A stretch of DNA of 63,205 nucleotides, filler included, from Octopus bimaculoides (taxonomy: Eukaryota), in NCBI RefSeq assembly GCF_001194135.2. It is 4 parts of 4 records of this genome, joined end to end, with 100 filler letters (N's around TTAATTAATTAA, not from the genome) between each part and the next. Parts side by side here need not be neighbours in the genome. Positions count along the whole stretch, not along the records: positions 5,712 to 31,694 come from NC_068986.1; 3 more parts are not named here. The stretch is one strand, 5' to 3'. A model generated the notes under the pieces. The model had not been told where the DNA came from. It worked only from the letters and a program-made list of their open reading frames with translations, and did no database searches. Below are positions 13,361 through 26,960 of this stretch, one piece after another (position 1 is the stretch's first letter; each line of letters starts with the position of its first letter). Made by a program: the position numbers and the translations under genes.

Positions 13361-15400
13361 TACATATATATACATACATACATTTTTAAGTATTTCATGT
13401 ATTTAACATACTTTTTATATTGACCTGTCTAACATGCTTATTCTTCCATTTACTTCTCTGCTCAGCTCAAGTTTAAACTCCTTGAGCACTAATAAGTGTA
13501 TTCTGTAGCAACAATATCTCATTTTCATCTATGACCTATACGTTTAACTACACGCACATACACGTGCGGATTTATGTGAAGTTTGTGTGTCTGCTTGTGC
13601 GTGTGTCTTTTATATATATGTGTGTGTGTCTGTGTGTGTCTGTGTGAGTGTGTGAGAGTCATGTCCGTGCGTCTCTGCGTGTCATGATATTGCGTGTGCA
13701 GCAGCCCAGTAAACCACACCCAACAAATATTTAAAATCAAACAGAACCTTTGCCAGATAATAAACTACGTACTGACTGAACTGTTATCTCGTACAAATGC
13801 GAAACGAGTTTCTCTCCCTCCTGGTTTTGTATTTTTCGGGCAAATAGTGTGAGTTCTATTAGCGACGCAGCGGCTGTATCTTTAATGGAAATTAAACTGT
13901 TTTTGTTCTACAATGTTTGTCATTTCGCATTCAAGAATTGCTGATTACCTGATTACATTTACAGGGTGAATGATTCCACTATTTTCTCTTATCCTGTTGA
14001 CCGAATTTGCTAGTAAATAGTACAGAGTAAATGTGACAGGAGGCAAAAGCCTCTCTATATAAAACACTGTTCAATTTATGGCGAGAATATATTTCTTTTG
14101 GCAATCCAGGATTACAAAAAAGATTAAGATTTGAGACGACATTCTAAAAGAGAGTGTTTTGTGAAGTCACAGAATTACATCTATTGATCTGTAGATGAAG
14201 GAGACACTGGAGTTAAGAAAATAAAAGAATAAACGAATATATTTTATATGGCCACTAATACAGAGTTTATAGGAAACTGGCGACACAATTCTACATTGCT
14301 GTATGTTTACGTTTGAAAGTAGGAGCATTCTTCCAAAGAAATGTGTCACACAGCTTTTTGTTATTTTTCATTTACTTACACTTAGAACAGCATTTAGTTT
14401 GGCATGTCATGTGTGATAACCTGTTTGTTTATGGCAGCGTATATATCCATCAACATTGGTGTATAGAGTTATGTGTGGCTGTATAAACAACACATACATC
14501 CCAGTAAAGATAATGTTAATATATATTTATATTTACATATAAGCATACATATATGATTATTTACTTGTTTGGACGAATGCATTTAAAGTGAAATAAGTAA
14601 GTGTAACTCCGTCACTTTCAAAGAGGATTCATTCCATTTCTTTAATCAACTGAATCACAAACTCACTGAACTTTAAGACAAGGGCTACACTGTTTCTCAC
14701 GCGCATTTATTACAATACTAAAGCTTGATAAAAGTATTAAAAATCTATAGCACCTGAAGTGGTCCTCCACTTTTCTTCATATTTCTTACTTGAACTGAAT
14801 TTATAGAAAAGGACAATTTCCTGACTATTTTTGATCACATTTGTAAAAATAAGCTTCAAATAGAAGGGATTTTTAATCAGGCCTCGATGATATGTTCTTG
14901 TAGTACGACATCAATACTGCTTGCCGGGGTTGCTTTGAAGTACAGTTTCCATAACATCAAGTTGTGAAAGAATTTAACAAACTTCGAATTTCTGACTGCA
15001 TGTTGTTACTTCAAACGCTGTCCATCTCTTCATTTCTCTTTCCCTTCATTTGGGCTGTGTGTGTGTGAGTGTATGTGTGCCTAAGTGTGTGAGCGTATGC
15101 GTAGGTATTAGGTATGATTGTGTATAAATATGCAGAGTTATATTTATAGACAAATATAGATACATTCACACACAAACACACATATACACATAAGTTCAGC
15201 TGATAGGGAATTATCCCACAAAGATGAAGACGTTACTCGGAGTGTTTCCGGGACGACTCAAGCGAATACTAACAAACTGACGAATGGCGGGCGCGTTGCA
15301 ACGCTTATAATCCAATCTGTCAACTGACAATAAGAAAATATCCCGTAAAGAAGAAACGGAAATAACATGAAAATAAGGTTCCTGTTGTGAGTGGTGTGAC

Positions 15401-15550
15401 AGGAGAGGCTGTGCAGTAAGTAGCTTGCTTACCGACCACATGGTTCCTGGTTTAGTCTCACTTCGTGGAACCTTGCGCAAGTGTCCTCTACTATAGATTA
15501 AAGCCTTGTGAGTGGATTTGGTAGACTGACATTGAAAGACGCCCGTCGTA
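15401..15550 (+). mobile_element. tRNA-derived CORE-like SINE family B, head
   Basis: tRNA-like head followed by ccttgcgcaagtgtc (CORE-like) and gccttgtgagtggatttggtagac. Confidence 0.75.
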
Positions 15551-15554
15551 TATA

Positions 15555-15670
15555 TAGTGAGAATTAACAAAAAAACAAAAAACGAAGACGAGTGTGTAGA
15601 CAAAAAGAGATGTATTAGTTTAACGCTCGGGAAATGAGAAAGTATTTTACATTTCGAGCCTACGCTCTTC
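15555..15670 (-). repeat. Interspersed repeat, inverted partner at 34946-35050
   Basis: gaagagcgtaggctcgaaa...cccgagcgttaaactaatac occurs at both sites; resembles a Penelope terminal repeat. Confidence 0.7.
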
Positions 15671-15729
15671 TATAGAAAGAAATACAGAAATAGTTTAAAG
15701 TGGAGGTGGAGACAGGATAAAACTGGTGC

Positions 15730-15783
<54 letters not shown>

Positions 15784-16619
15784 ATAGATTTGTTTAGAAT
15801 AAACGGATATCAGATATAGAAGAAGAAAAGGAAAGAGAGAAGAGAAGGGACAATTCCTGTTTGAAGCAGGCTTGTGTTATTTATACAACAAGCTGTAGAA
15901 TGTATGCACGTGTGTGTGTGAGAGAGAGAGAGATACCGCGTGTTTAAATTAACCACCAATTTTCATTTCATTCAGATTCTTCTAATCTAATACTCAGTAC
16001 CGTTCTTCACATAACATTCTGTTGTGTTTCAGCTACCGACAAACAGAAGTTGTTCAACAAATACATTAGCATTATTCTCTTGTGTTAATACAACAGGCTA
16101 AGACTCATCAGTTATTGGAAATAACCCTCGAGGTTGCAAATTGTTTGCTCTTGAAATCTATCTGAACATTTTAACAACTACATTCTTTTAACAATGCTGT
16201 GATCTATTTGCTATAGAATATTTATACAATATATCTACAGTCGACTGTATCTTTATGTATGTATATATTCCCTATTATGTTTAACCTTCCGTTTGTTTAT
16301 TTATTTATTTTTTATTAGTTCATCTCTCACGCGTTGCACAGATTTTCGGGTAAATATTTCAATCTGAATTATTCTTTTAATTATTTTCTTTTATTCTATA
16401 TCTGCAACTTTACACTTATTGTTTTTTCTCCATACATGTCTTTAGGCAGTCTCAATGGTTTGCATTACATTGGCACATGCAACCATGCAGCTGTCTATCC
16501 ATCTATCAATCTTTCTATTTATGTCGTTATATAGTTATATGTATATACATATATGTATGTCTACACATATATGCAGATAGTGACNNNNNNNNNNTATATG
16601 TATGTATATATATATTGTA

Positions 16620-17331
16620 TATATATATATCAAGTGTAGGACACAAAAAACACTACAAAAGCAGCATACGGAAAAATTGACGATAACATAACATCCAGGA
16701 AACGGGACACACGGACCATTTGCAGTAGATTTCCTCATGAGTCAGAGTTCGAAAAGTCGTAGCGCTTTCGCACCTTCTTTAATCTCTGAGACCGCTCAAA
16801 TCCGGCAAGTGGCATTCAAGAATGAGAACAAGAACAAGGAAGTTACAACGATTCACATACAACAGACGACGCCTTTCGGCTATACAAGACGAAAATGATT
16901 GTATATTAACAAATAAATAAATAAATGACTTTTACACAAACGTAACTTGAAGAAAAATTAGTACAGGTGTAACAAAACAATAATTTACATATACAAAGGA
17001 CAAATGCGTTTCGGCTGAACCGGACTGAGCTGGATGACGGTTGGACGAAAAAGGATGACAATTCTTCGGTCAGACAGACATCACGTGAAAGAAGAGAAAG
17101 AGTTATAGAGGGATTAAAGAACAAGAACAGGTGAAAGTGAGTCTAAGGAAGAATATAAATGGAAAAGAAATCAGGAGGACTAAAGAATGAGAGTGAGGGG
17201 GAATGGTCAGAGGCAAAGGCAGAGTGACAGAGAAGAAGTTGGAAGGGAGACACGCGAAGGACGAAAGTAGAAGGATGAGGGAAAAAGTACGTCTAAGGAA
17301 TAACGAGGAAAAATAATGAAATATATATACA

Positions 17332-17384
<53 letters not shown>

Positions 17385-18716
17385 NNNNNNNNNNNNNNNN
17401 NNNNNNNNNNNNNNNNNNNNNNNNNNNNNNNNNNNNNNNNNNNNNNNNNNNNNNNNNNNNNNNNNNNNNNNNNNNNNNNNNNNNNNNNNNNNNNNNNNNN
17501 NNNNNNNNNNNNNNNNNNNNNNNNNNNNNNNNNNNNNNNNNNNNNNNNNNNNNNNNNNNNNNNNNNNNNNNNNNNNNNNNNNNNNNNNNNNNNNNNNNNN
17601 NNNNNNNNNNNNNNNNNNNNNNNNNNNNNTATAGATATATATATATACAGTTGAAATTTATAGAAAAGCGAAAAACAACAAGCAGGTATATATAAAAATA
17701 TATATATACAGTTGAAATTTAAAGAAAAACAAAAAACAAGAAGCATGTATATATATAAAAATATATACAGAGTTGAAATTTATAGAAAAACAAAAAACAA
17801 CAAGCAGGTATATAAAAAATATATATACAGTTGAAATTTATAGAAAACCAAAAAGCAACAAGCCGGTATATATAAAAATATATATACAGTTGAAATTTAT
17901 TGAAAAACAAAAAAAACAACAAGCAGGTATATATAAAATTATATATACAGTTCAAATTTATAGAAAAACAAAAAGCAACAAGCCGGTATATATACAGTTG
18001 AAATGTATAAGAAGATAAAAAACGAAGACAGGTATGAACAGCAATCATGTCTATAAGTTTACGCTCGGGAAAATGAAAAAGAGAATAATAAAAAAAAAAA
18101 CTTGTAGATTTAGCGGTCAAAAATGGCGTATGATTAAAAAAAATGTTTGAAAGAAGAGGTTGAAAGAAAGGGAGGTAATAACGTTCTACCGATCCCAAAT
18201 GAAGGTGCGCGCGTGTGTCTGTATGTAAGAGTGGTGTGTGTGAATGTGTGCGAGTATAAATAGGAGGTAGTGGATCTGCCGTATGTGAATGTGTGCATCT
18301 TCATGTCTGTGTGTCTGTAACATGTGGCCGCTTATATAACTGTATGTATGGTGACGCTGCTGAAGGATTTGTGTGTGGATGTGTGAATGATAGTATGTCA
18401 GTATGTGGATGAGGGTGTGTGATGTGGGTGCTGGGACGTGGTCACTTCTACTGTGTGTGGAGTGGTGTGGTGGTGTGGTGGTATGGGTTGTGGGTTGTTG
18501 TGTGATGAAGTGGGAGGTGTAGCAGGCTGGGGCTGGGGTAGGCTTTATTAATGAAGAGAGGAGGTAGGTAGAAGTGCTGAGAGAAAGTAGGCGCCAGATA
18601 AAGAGAGGATGGGCGTTAAGTCCATGTGGGGCATTTGAATGAAGAGAGAAGATTAATTCCTTTCATGGCGAAGGTGGGAGTCCGGATGGCCTCAGTGCAA
18701 ACACAGTCCGAACACA
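16620..18716 (-). mobile_element. Penelope-like element (Neptune-type) 3' remnant: GIY-YIG end plus long putative 3' UTR
   Basis: At about 18600-18716, frameshifted SVFGLCLH*GHPDSHLRHE / ELIFSLHSNAPHGLN. The lower boundary is inferred from contiguous UTR-like sequence. Confidence 0.55.
17636..18000. repeat. About 60-bp minisatellite, about 6 copies
   Basis: Unit approximately atatatacagttgaaatttatagaaaaacaaaaaacaacaagc(a/c)ggtatatataaaaat, repeated in tandem. Confidence 0.9.
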
Positions 18717-18733
18717 GATAGATAGATAGATAC

Positions 18734-18764
<31 letters not shown>

Positions 18765-19356
18765 CCATAAATATAATCCTATGTACCATAGGCACTAGGA
18801 CTGATATGTGTGTGTGTATGTGTTTGTGTGTGTATGTACGTATGTATAAATATTATTATTTATAAATCTCTCTATTTCTATTTTTAGATTGGTGACTGAA
18901 CGTCAGTTTGAAAACTATTTATTCGAACGGTGAATTCAGTAACGGCGTCTCGCCAAGCAGTTACTCTGTGTCGATAAATGGCAATAAGACTGAAACTACT
19001 CCACAGATGTTGTTTTGCGCCAGGTGGGAGTGCTGAACTCACTGTTTGAAAATACAAGGACAGAGAAGTTGTGTCGTATAGCCTGCTAGAAACGACGATT
19101 CTTGGGGCTAAAACAATATTAACATCGTCCCTTGCAGGACAGCCACATTATGTTGGCAAATAGCTTTTACTTTATATATATNNNNNNNNNNNNNNNNNNN
19201 NNNNNNNNNNNNNNNNNNNNNNNNNNNNNNNNNNNNNNNNNNNNNNNNNNNNNNNNNNNNNNNNNNNNNNNNNNNNNNNNNNNNNNNNNNNNNNNNNNNN
19301 NNNNNNNNNNNNNNNNNNNNNNNNNNNNNNNNNNNNNNNNNNNNNNNNNNNNNNNN

Positions 19357-19400
<44 letters not shown>

Positions 19401-19489
19401 GTAATTTAGTCCCAGGAGACATCGTGTCAGCTGGCTATACAACGCGATCTGTGTCCTTATATTTTCGAACAAGGGAATCTGGCACCACC

Positions 19490-19632
19490 ACCCCACTACC
19501 TAACTGGTATTCATTTTATCGACCACTAATGCAAAACTAACCTCGGTGGTATTAGAATTGAGAACGTAAAGAGACTGAAAGTATATAACTCAGCCTTTTC
19601 TCTAACGCAGTAACTGTTCTGCCACGTAATAT
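19490..19632 (-). mobile_element. SINE family A, degenerate copy
   Basis: aactggtattcattttatcgacc...ctcggtggtattagaattgagaacgtaaag. Confidence 0.6.
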
Positions 19633-19864
19633 TCCTTTTACCATAATCCACGCGAGTCTCAGATATTTTTCAAATATCATCATTGTTTTCTTCCTTCTAC
19701 GGAATAAAACAAAATCTGCATAAATGAACATACATGTAGAGAGGGATTACTACAATCAGTAACCAGGAAGATATATTTTAAATATCCCCAGTAATTATTA
19801 TAAAAATTTCGCTGATGATAATAAAATATTGGGAGACATTCGTCATTTGGCCGTTAAACTGCCT

Positions 19865-19965
19865 GTTCTTCACATTATTTACATTATTTACAATTGACGG
19901 ATATTTGTTCTCATCTTGTTTGTTGTTAACACAACGTTTCGGCTGACATATACCCTCCAGTTCTT
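19865..19965 (+). repeat. Interspersed repeat, direct partner at about 46085-46190
   Basis: acattatttacattatttaca...gttaacacaa(c/t)gtttcggc(t/a)ga...ccctccag at both sites. Confidence 0.7.
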
Positions 19966-21814
19966 TGTTGATGATTTGGAGTGGAAAATTAAAATGCTTT
20001 GCATGTCTGTATTTCCAAGGGCCGTTGAAAGTAAAATTTTATACTGGCTCAGTCAAAATGGGAAGGAATCCTCCCAAAACCCTTCAAAGTTCATCCATGT
20101 CTTCCGAACACGAAATTGGGACGATGCCACAATTTGAATGTTCTCAAAGTAGAGACAAGGCAACATGATATTGAATTATTCTCGATCTCAAAATGCATGG
20201 TTATGCAGTGTGCATAAACATACGTATACATGTGAGTGAGTGTGTGTGTATGTGAGCGTATTTACAAGTCTGTGAATGCATATATATATGTAGGTGAGAG
20301 CAAAGAATTGTAAGAACTAAGTGGACCTCTCTAAGCGCAGACAAAGAGTGTGTGCCGGTGTTAAACACGACAGTGAATAGAAAATAAGATGTCTACACTT
20401 AAGTGAACCGCCATTGATAACATGTGAACAACGTCAATCGAATTCCGGTCATTTTCCAAACTGTCGTTTAAATTATTATATTCAAAGAATTAAAATGGTG
20501 TTATTATACGTATTATATCGGCCGCATTTTGAAAGAGTTGTTTAAATCGATCATATTATTGAAGAGGTCAAAGAAAATAGCGAATCTTACTGATAGAGCA
20601 CAATGGCGCACAAAACTACAAGCTGTTTCATTTTTAACGTCTGTATTTGAAAATGTTATCATGGCGCAATTAATTTAATTTAGCTGTATATTTCAAAGAA
20701 AAATCTATATTGCAGATAAGGACAATTTTCGTATGTGATTTGAATCTATATTAGTATTGTTACCTGTGCAAATGTACATATTCCAGATGAATTTTGGTCA
20801 ATTTTATGAAATAATCTAATATTCATCTATCTGGTAAGCGTAAAGAATTTCAGAAAAATATATTTATTTTGGGCTTACATGTTTTATACGATCTGGCAGG
20901 AAATATTATTTGATTATTTTTGATCTATGCAAATAGTCTTTCTAATGTTATTCTTTGAAAGTCACAGAGGCACATACGCTGGAAATATACATCGTACATA
21001 TTTACACACATGCATATATATATATATATANNNNNNNNNNNNNNNNNNNNNNNNNNNNNNNNNNNNNNNNNNNNNNNNNNNNNNNNNNNNNNNNNNNNNN
21101 NNNNNNNNNNNNNNNNNNNNNNNNNNNNNNNNNNNNNNNNNNNNNNNNNNNNNNNNNNNNNNNNNNNNNNNNNNNNNNNNNNNNNNNNNNNNNNNNNNNN
21201 NNNNNNNNNNNNNNNNNNNNNNNNNNNNNNNNNNNNNNNNNNNNNNNNNNNNNNNNNNNNNNNNNNNNNNNNNNNNNNNNNNNNNNNNNNNNNNNNNNNN
21301 NNNNNNNNNNNNNNNNNNNNNNNNNNNNNNNNNNNNNNNNNNNNNNNNNNNNNNNNNNNNNNNNNNNNNNNNNNNNNNNNNNNNNNNNNNNNNNNNNNNN
21401 NNNNNNNNNNNNNNNNNNNNNNNNNNNNNNNNNNNNNNNNNNNNNNNNNNNNNNNNNNNNNNNNNNNNNNNNNNNNNNNNNNNNNNNNNNNNNNNNNNNN
21501 NNNNNNNNNNNNNNNNNNNNNNNNNNNNNNNNNNNNNNNNNNNNNNNNNNNNNNNNNNNNNNNNNNNNNNNNNNNNNNNNNNNNNNNNNNNNNNNNNNNN
21601 NNNNNNNNNNNNNNNNNNNNNNNNNNNNNNNNNNNNNNNNNNNNNNNNNNNNNNNNNNNNNNNNNNNNNNNNNNNNNNNNNNNNNNNNNNNNNNNNNNNN
21701 NNNNNNNNNNNNNNNNNNNNNNNNNNNNNNNNNNNNNNNNNNNNNNNNNNNNNNNNNNNNNNNNNNNNNNNNNNNNNNNNNNNNNNNNNNNNNNNNNNNN
21801 NNNNNNNNNNNNNN

Positions 21815-21863
<49 letters not shown>

Positions 21864-23434
21864 ACACACATGTACACAGTAATTTGAAGTGAATTGCAAA
21901 ACGAGTTTCATTTCGCTTTTTCATTTTGTGTATTTATGTGTATGTATGTGCTACTGGTGCTGCAAGTGATTACGTTGAAACGAGGTTCTCTGCTGTGCAG
22001 AAATATATCCACTTCAAACATATTAACGTACAGGAATTTGTCGAACTCTTCGAGCGGTAGATTGTTCTATATTATACACAGTGTCGATAGGAGCTTAACA
22101 ATTTATTATTGATATATATGCAGGCATCTTCGGATATTGCTTGCTTCGTCTTCACATGTGATAACGGAGACAATGTGTCGCACTCCGCATAAATATGCAG
22201 TTTTTTTTTCAAGTATAGCACGCTCACATCCTAACAGATATAAAAGAGAAACATTTGTCGGAACCTAACTTGCCACTGTCGAACTGGTCAGCCTTCCGTG
22301 GCTGCCAGTTGTCCACGCATGCTAACTAAATACAAATGCTCAGCAAATTGCTGAGTTAAATCTTGGACAAATGACATCATCGAAAAGACTGCGTGCGGAA
22401 ATGTACATATACTGTTAGGCTTGCTTAATCCGAGTGTGATGAACGCCGTATAGCTTATATATTTAGGGAATTGTCTCGAAATATTTGCAATCTCAGAAAC
22501 TACTTTTCCAGGTGACGTTCAGTTAGAAGCAGAGTCTGGTCACACGGAATTTTACCGTGGGCAGTCATAAAATCTATGTCCAGAAGTTGATGTTGCCGTA
22601 GCAGTCCTAAGGCACTTGGTGGAGCATTTGAGAGAGCAGCTCATGGTTTTTCTGAACGAATAAGGACACTACGGCTGCAAATCCACTTGAAACAATTCAT
22701 GACAGTGTTTATGCGCCAACTCAGGTCAGTCCCTACGATGAAATATATAGCGTTCACTGTGATCTGAGGATAATTCAGCGAAATGTTGCAAAGCATGACC
22801 TAGATCGTCTATACAGAACGTAATTCTGAACTTTGGAACAACATAGGAAGTCGTGGAAAAGAAGGAAAGGCAAAGCAAGACCTATAGATAGCCATTAGTC
22901 TGTTCAGGCAAAAGAATAAAAATAAAGCATTTGCATTCAGGTTACTGTCAGTCTCAATCATGCAAATGTCCGTAGAATAACCTTTTGGAAGTAATATCTG
23001 TTCAGTGAGTGCATGAAGCTGAGTGTTGGCCGAACCATAAATTCTTAAGTTTCTGTCTGATGACCATTGTACATCAAAATATGAGCTGTGTCTGCACGAG
23101 TGCAAATACGTGAATTGATGTGTCTAAAGTAAACAGCCTCGATAAGCTTGGACAATAGGAAAATATAATTCAGGTGATCGATGTAAATCACAACGGTCAT
23201 ACATGTGTAACTTTCAGTAAAGAGATCTATGAATCTGCTTCTATTGCATGGCGTTTCTTGAAAGAAAACAGCAGAACTGGTTTTAAGAAAGCAAAAGATT
23301 TGTGCCGAAGTTGTTGGAAGAAAAAGTGATACTTAGCAACTTAAGCTCTTGCTCTCTGTGAGGATGCTCACGGGATAAGCTAGAGTAAGTTTTTAAAGGG
23401 TAAAGTGCTACGGTCGAGCGAGAGCTACCGGCTT

Positions 23435-24920
23435 CAAATGAGGGCTCTGGCATTCAAGATGCAAGTATGAAAGTGAAGATTAGGAAGGATTATTACAGAA
23501 GAGTTGGAGCAATCCTAAAATCCGAACTAAATGCACGTAACGAGTTGTTAGCTATAAATCCCTTAGCAATTCCTGTTGTTATTTACAGTTTCAATGTGTT
23601 GAACTGGAATAAGGAAGATTGACAGGGAAATCCGTAAGCTGCTGACTTGCAATATGATGTACCAACCAAAGACAGACGCAGATCGTTTTACCTGCTCAAA
23701 GCTCAAGGAGGTCGAGGCTTGATCCAATTTAAAACCGCCTACAAAACCACCACAATTGAAAATCATGAAATAAGTAAAAAGCTCCATTCTTTTATTTAGC
23801 AAAGCAAAAGTTTTCAAGTGAGTTTATGCATAATACCCAGGCTGAACAGTATGGGGGAAGTGCGGAAAGTCTAGTTGCAAAGAAAGTGAAATCAATAACA
23901 ATGCAAAATGCGCTTCAACAATTGGCTGAAAGGTGGGAACAAAAATCTCTGCATGGCAAATATATGGCCCATAGCAAACAAGCTGATGTAGACCAGAAGC
24001 GCACCCGTCAATGGCTACGGTGCTCAGGGGTAAAAGCAGACAGGGAGGGCTTTATCTTGGCTGCCCAGGATCTGAGTTTATTGACCCGGAACTATCAAGC
24101 CAATGTGATGAAAAATGGTGTAGACCCAGTGGTGATACTGCAACTATGATATAGAAAGAGTGGACCACCTAATCTCTGGATGTAAGGTTTTAGCACCTGT
24201 TTAGTACAAATTAAGACATAACAGAGTTGGTTAATATCTACATTGCATAATGTGTCGGCATTGTAAAATCAAAACTGCTGACAAATGGTACAATCACCAC
24301 CCTGATGCTGTAACTGAGGCAGAAAATGTATCTATTCTTTGGGACTTCCAAGTATGTACAGATCGGTTTATCAAGGCATATAAACTAGAAATTGTTGTGA
24401 AAGACAAAAGCATTTAAGTTTGTTTGATGATTGACATGAGCATATCCTGTGACCATAATATCTCGGCAAAAGAATTTGATAAGCTCAGAAAATATAAAGA
24501 TTTGCTAATCGAAATCGAAATGAAGTGGCACCTAAAGACTGTTACAATAACAGTGATTGTAGGAGTACTTGGAATGATCAAAAAAGGAACTAAAAATTAT
24601 TTTAGAATGATCCCTGGCTTACCATCCATGCAGGAAATGCGAAAGATTACCCCAAATTTTATGTCACACATATTGAGAAGAGCATCGTCGCTGTAAAATT
24701 TCTTTCATTTTTCTTTCTTTATTTTATTTGTTTTACTTTTCTATTTTATATTTTTTCCTATTTCTCTCTATCTTCTGTTTTTCTTCTATCACATGACTCT
24801 GTAAATCAACAATCTAGTGTGTTTATTTTAATGGCTTACGCTTCTCTGCCCTAGGTTTCAGATAGACACTCGGCAAGAAATAGAAACAAGATTGAAAGTA
24901 GATACAAATAAAAATGATGC
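23435..24920 (+). mobile_element. 5'-truncated Dong/R4-clade LINE: late RT, CCHC knuckle region, restriction-like endonuclease
   Basis: Peptides KIRKDYYRRVGAILKSELNARN..AINPLAIPVVIYSF, GGRGLI, WEQKSLHGKY, EGFILAAQD, DHLISGC, ILWDFQV, IDMSISCDHNISAKEFDKLRKYKDL and VIVGVLGMI..HILRR. Ends against a (GAT)n/(GAA)n tract. Confidence 0.85.
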
Positions 24921-24924
24921 TAAT

Positions 24925-25285
24925 ACGATGATGATGATGATTATGATGATGACGGTGATGATGGTGATGATGATGATGATGATGAGGAGGAGGAGGAGGA
25001 GAAGAAGAAGAAGAAGAAGAAGAAGAAGAAGAAGGAGAAGGAGAAGGAGGAGAAGAAGAAGAAGAAGAAGAAGAAGAAGAAGAAAAAGAAAAGCAAAAAG
25101 AAGAAGAAGAAGAAGAAGAAGAAAAAGAAAAGCAAAAAGAAGAAGAAGAAGAAGAAGAAGAAGAAGAAGAAGAAGATGAAGAAGAAGAAGAAGAAGAAGA
25201 AGAAGAAGAAGATGAAGAAGAAGAAGAAGAAGAAGAAGAAGAAGAAGAAGAAGAAGAAGAAGAAGAAGAAGAAGAAGAAGAAGAT
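24925..25285. repeat. (GAT)n-(GAG)n-(GAA)n compound microsatellite
   Basis: Directly visible. Confidence 0.95.
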
Positions 25286-26960
25286 TATTTAATGACAATA
25301 TTAAGTATTGATGGAACATCAATAGTAAAATTTACAATCCTCAGATTGAAACTGAAAGTCTTTGACAAATCTCGAAAATATGTGAACGAATCTATGGAAT
25401 TAGATTTTAGAATTTAAAGAAATTGATAAAAGAAGACGTTAACGATAAGAAATAAATATGGATAAAAACGTATTGAATAAATATAAATTTCAATAAAGAA
25501 AATCGAACGAATATATTTGAATAATAGAAACGTAAAATAATATTTCTGTAGAGACGTTGAATAATAAATGAATTATAGAATTACCAAACTGTTTAAATTC
25601 CTATGAAAATATGTCAAGACATATCTCAAGGTATTCGCTCGTTGTCTTTGTAGAATTCTTTATTCCATTCCTGATTAATTCTGTGAGTGGAAATTCCTAG
25701 TAAAATTTTCTTAAGCTTGGCACGTTCGTATTTTGCGAAATATTGCTCGCGGTTAAATCTAATGCTGGATTACACTGCTGATATAAACAATGTTGAACGA
25801 AAGGCACACAGTTACATCCATCACGGTACATCAAAACGAGGTTTAGACTTAACGGATTTGTGGCGAATATTAAGATTGATTACGAAGATTGTCATAATCT
25901 TTGGCATATTTTCTTCTTCTATTCATCTGATTTCTCCTGCAATAAATGTATATCAATGAATATATGTATACATGAAGGAATTAAAGTCTTTTAGTCTATA
26001 AGAATGCTGCGAAGTGATGCAAATATAGATGCGTATGAGCATATGTTTGTGTATTTATACATACACACACAAACACATAAACAAATAAACACATACACAC
26101 TAACACAGATATATCTGCGTATATATAAATGCATTATATATATATATATGTGCGTTGACGTGTTCTTTTTACAGTCAAAACGATGTAAGATACCAGAATG
26201 AATGTAAAAACAGGTCATTGGTTACAAATATTACCTGGCATTTCAATATTTCCAGCTTCGGACCTCTTCCCGAGAGATTTCCTAAAGAAGGATTCCTAAA
26301 CTTGAAATACTGCAAATTCCACGTTACACAACTAAACATCGTCCATTTTTTTGTTTGTTTTGCCTTTTGAAATTGCATTCAAAATAATTTTACTTGCATT
26401 ATTTTGGCTTAAAACAAAAATTCAGACCCTTACCTATCCGAAAATACTTCATTAAAATTACATAACTCATACATGCACGAGCTTGTATACACACACACAA
26501 ATGGTCAAGTCTGCAGACACATGTAGATATAGTATATGATTGACTGTTTTGCTGTTCGATCACACTTATCACTCATGCGACTTGTGATCGTGTAACCGTA
26601 CAATAAGAATTATTACAACAATAAATGTTCCTGCTTTTACTCTCCCACTCTGTCTAATATCATATTATCTAAGGTGACCATTAGTTTATATCTAAGCTCT
26701 TCTTTGAGATACATTTGGCAGACAAGTCGAGTCATACCTCAATGCACTCTAGATCTAATGCTGCTAAATTGGATGCCATGTCGGTCTTATTATACAATTT
26801 TCAAGATAGCCATATGTTCGTACATTCTAAGTGTCAAAACTGGGACACAATTTGTCTCATGTCAAAAATGAATGCGACTCACATCACAACTACGGTCGGG
26901 AGAAAATAAAATAATAAAAGTCAAATAATTAAACACTTAATGATTCTCTGACTAATGTCT

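Noticed and set aside
14600-15010. Protein-like plus-strand stretch
   Set aside because: Multiple stops and no recognisable motif.
20925-21924. ORFs of 290-397 aa spanning N gaps (also about 37000, 48500 and 54600)
   Set aside because: Their length comes from untranslatable Ns.
24892-25179. Poly-Arg protamine-like ORF
   Set aside because: It is a (GAA)n/(GAG)n tract read in the Arg frame at a LINE tail.
26241-26290. Possible minus-strand exon reading KSLGKRSEAG (neuropeptide GKR site)
   Set aside because: A single GKR, ambiguous acceptor and frame; expected by chance.
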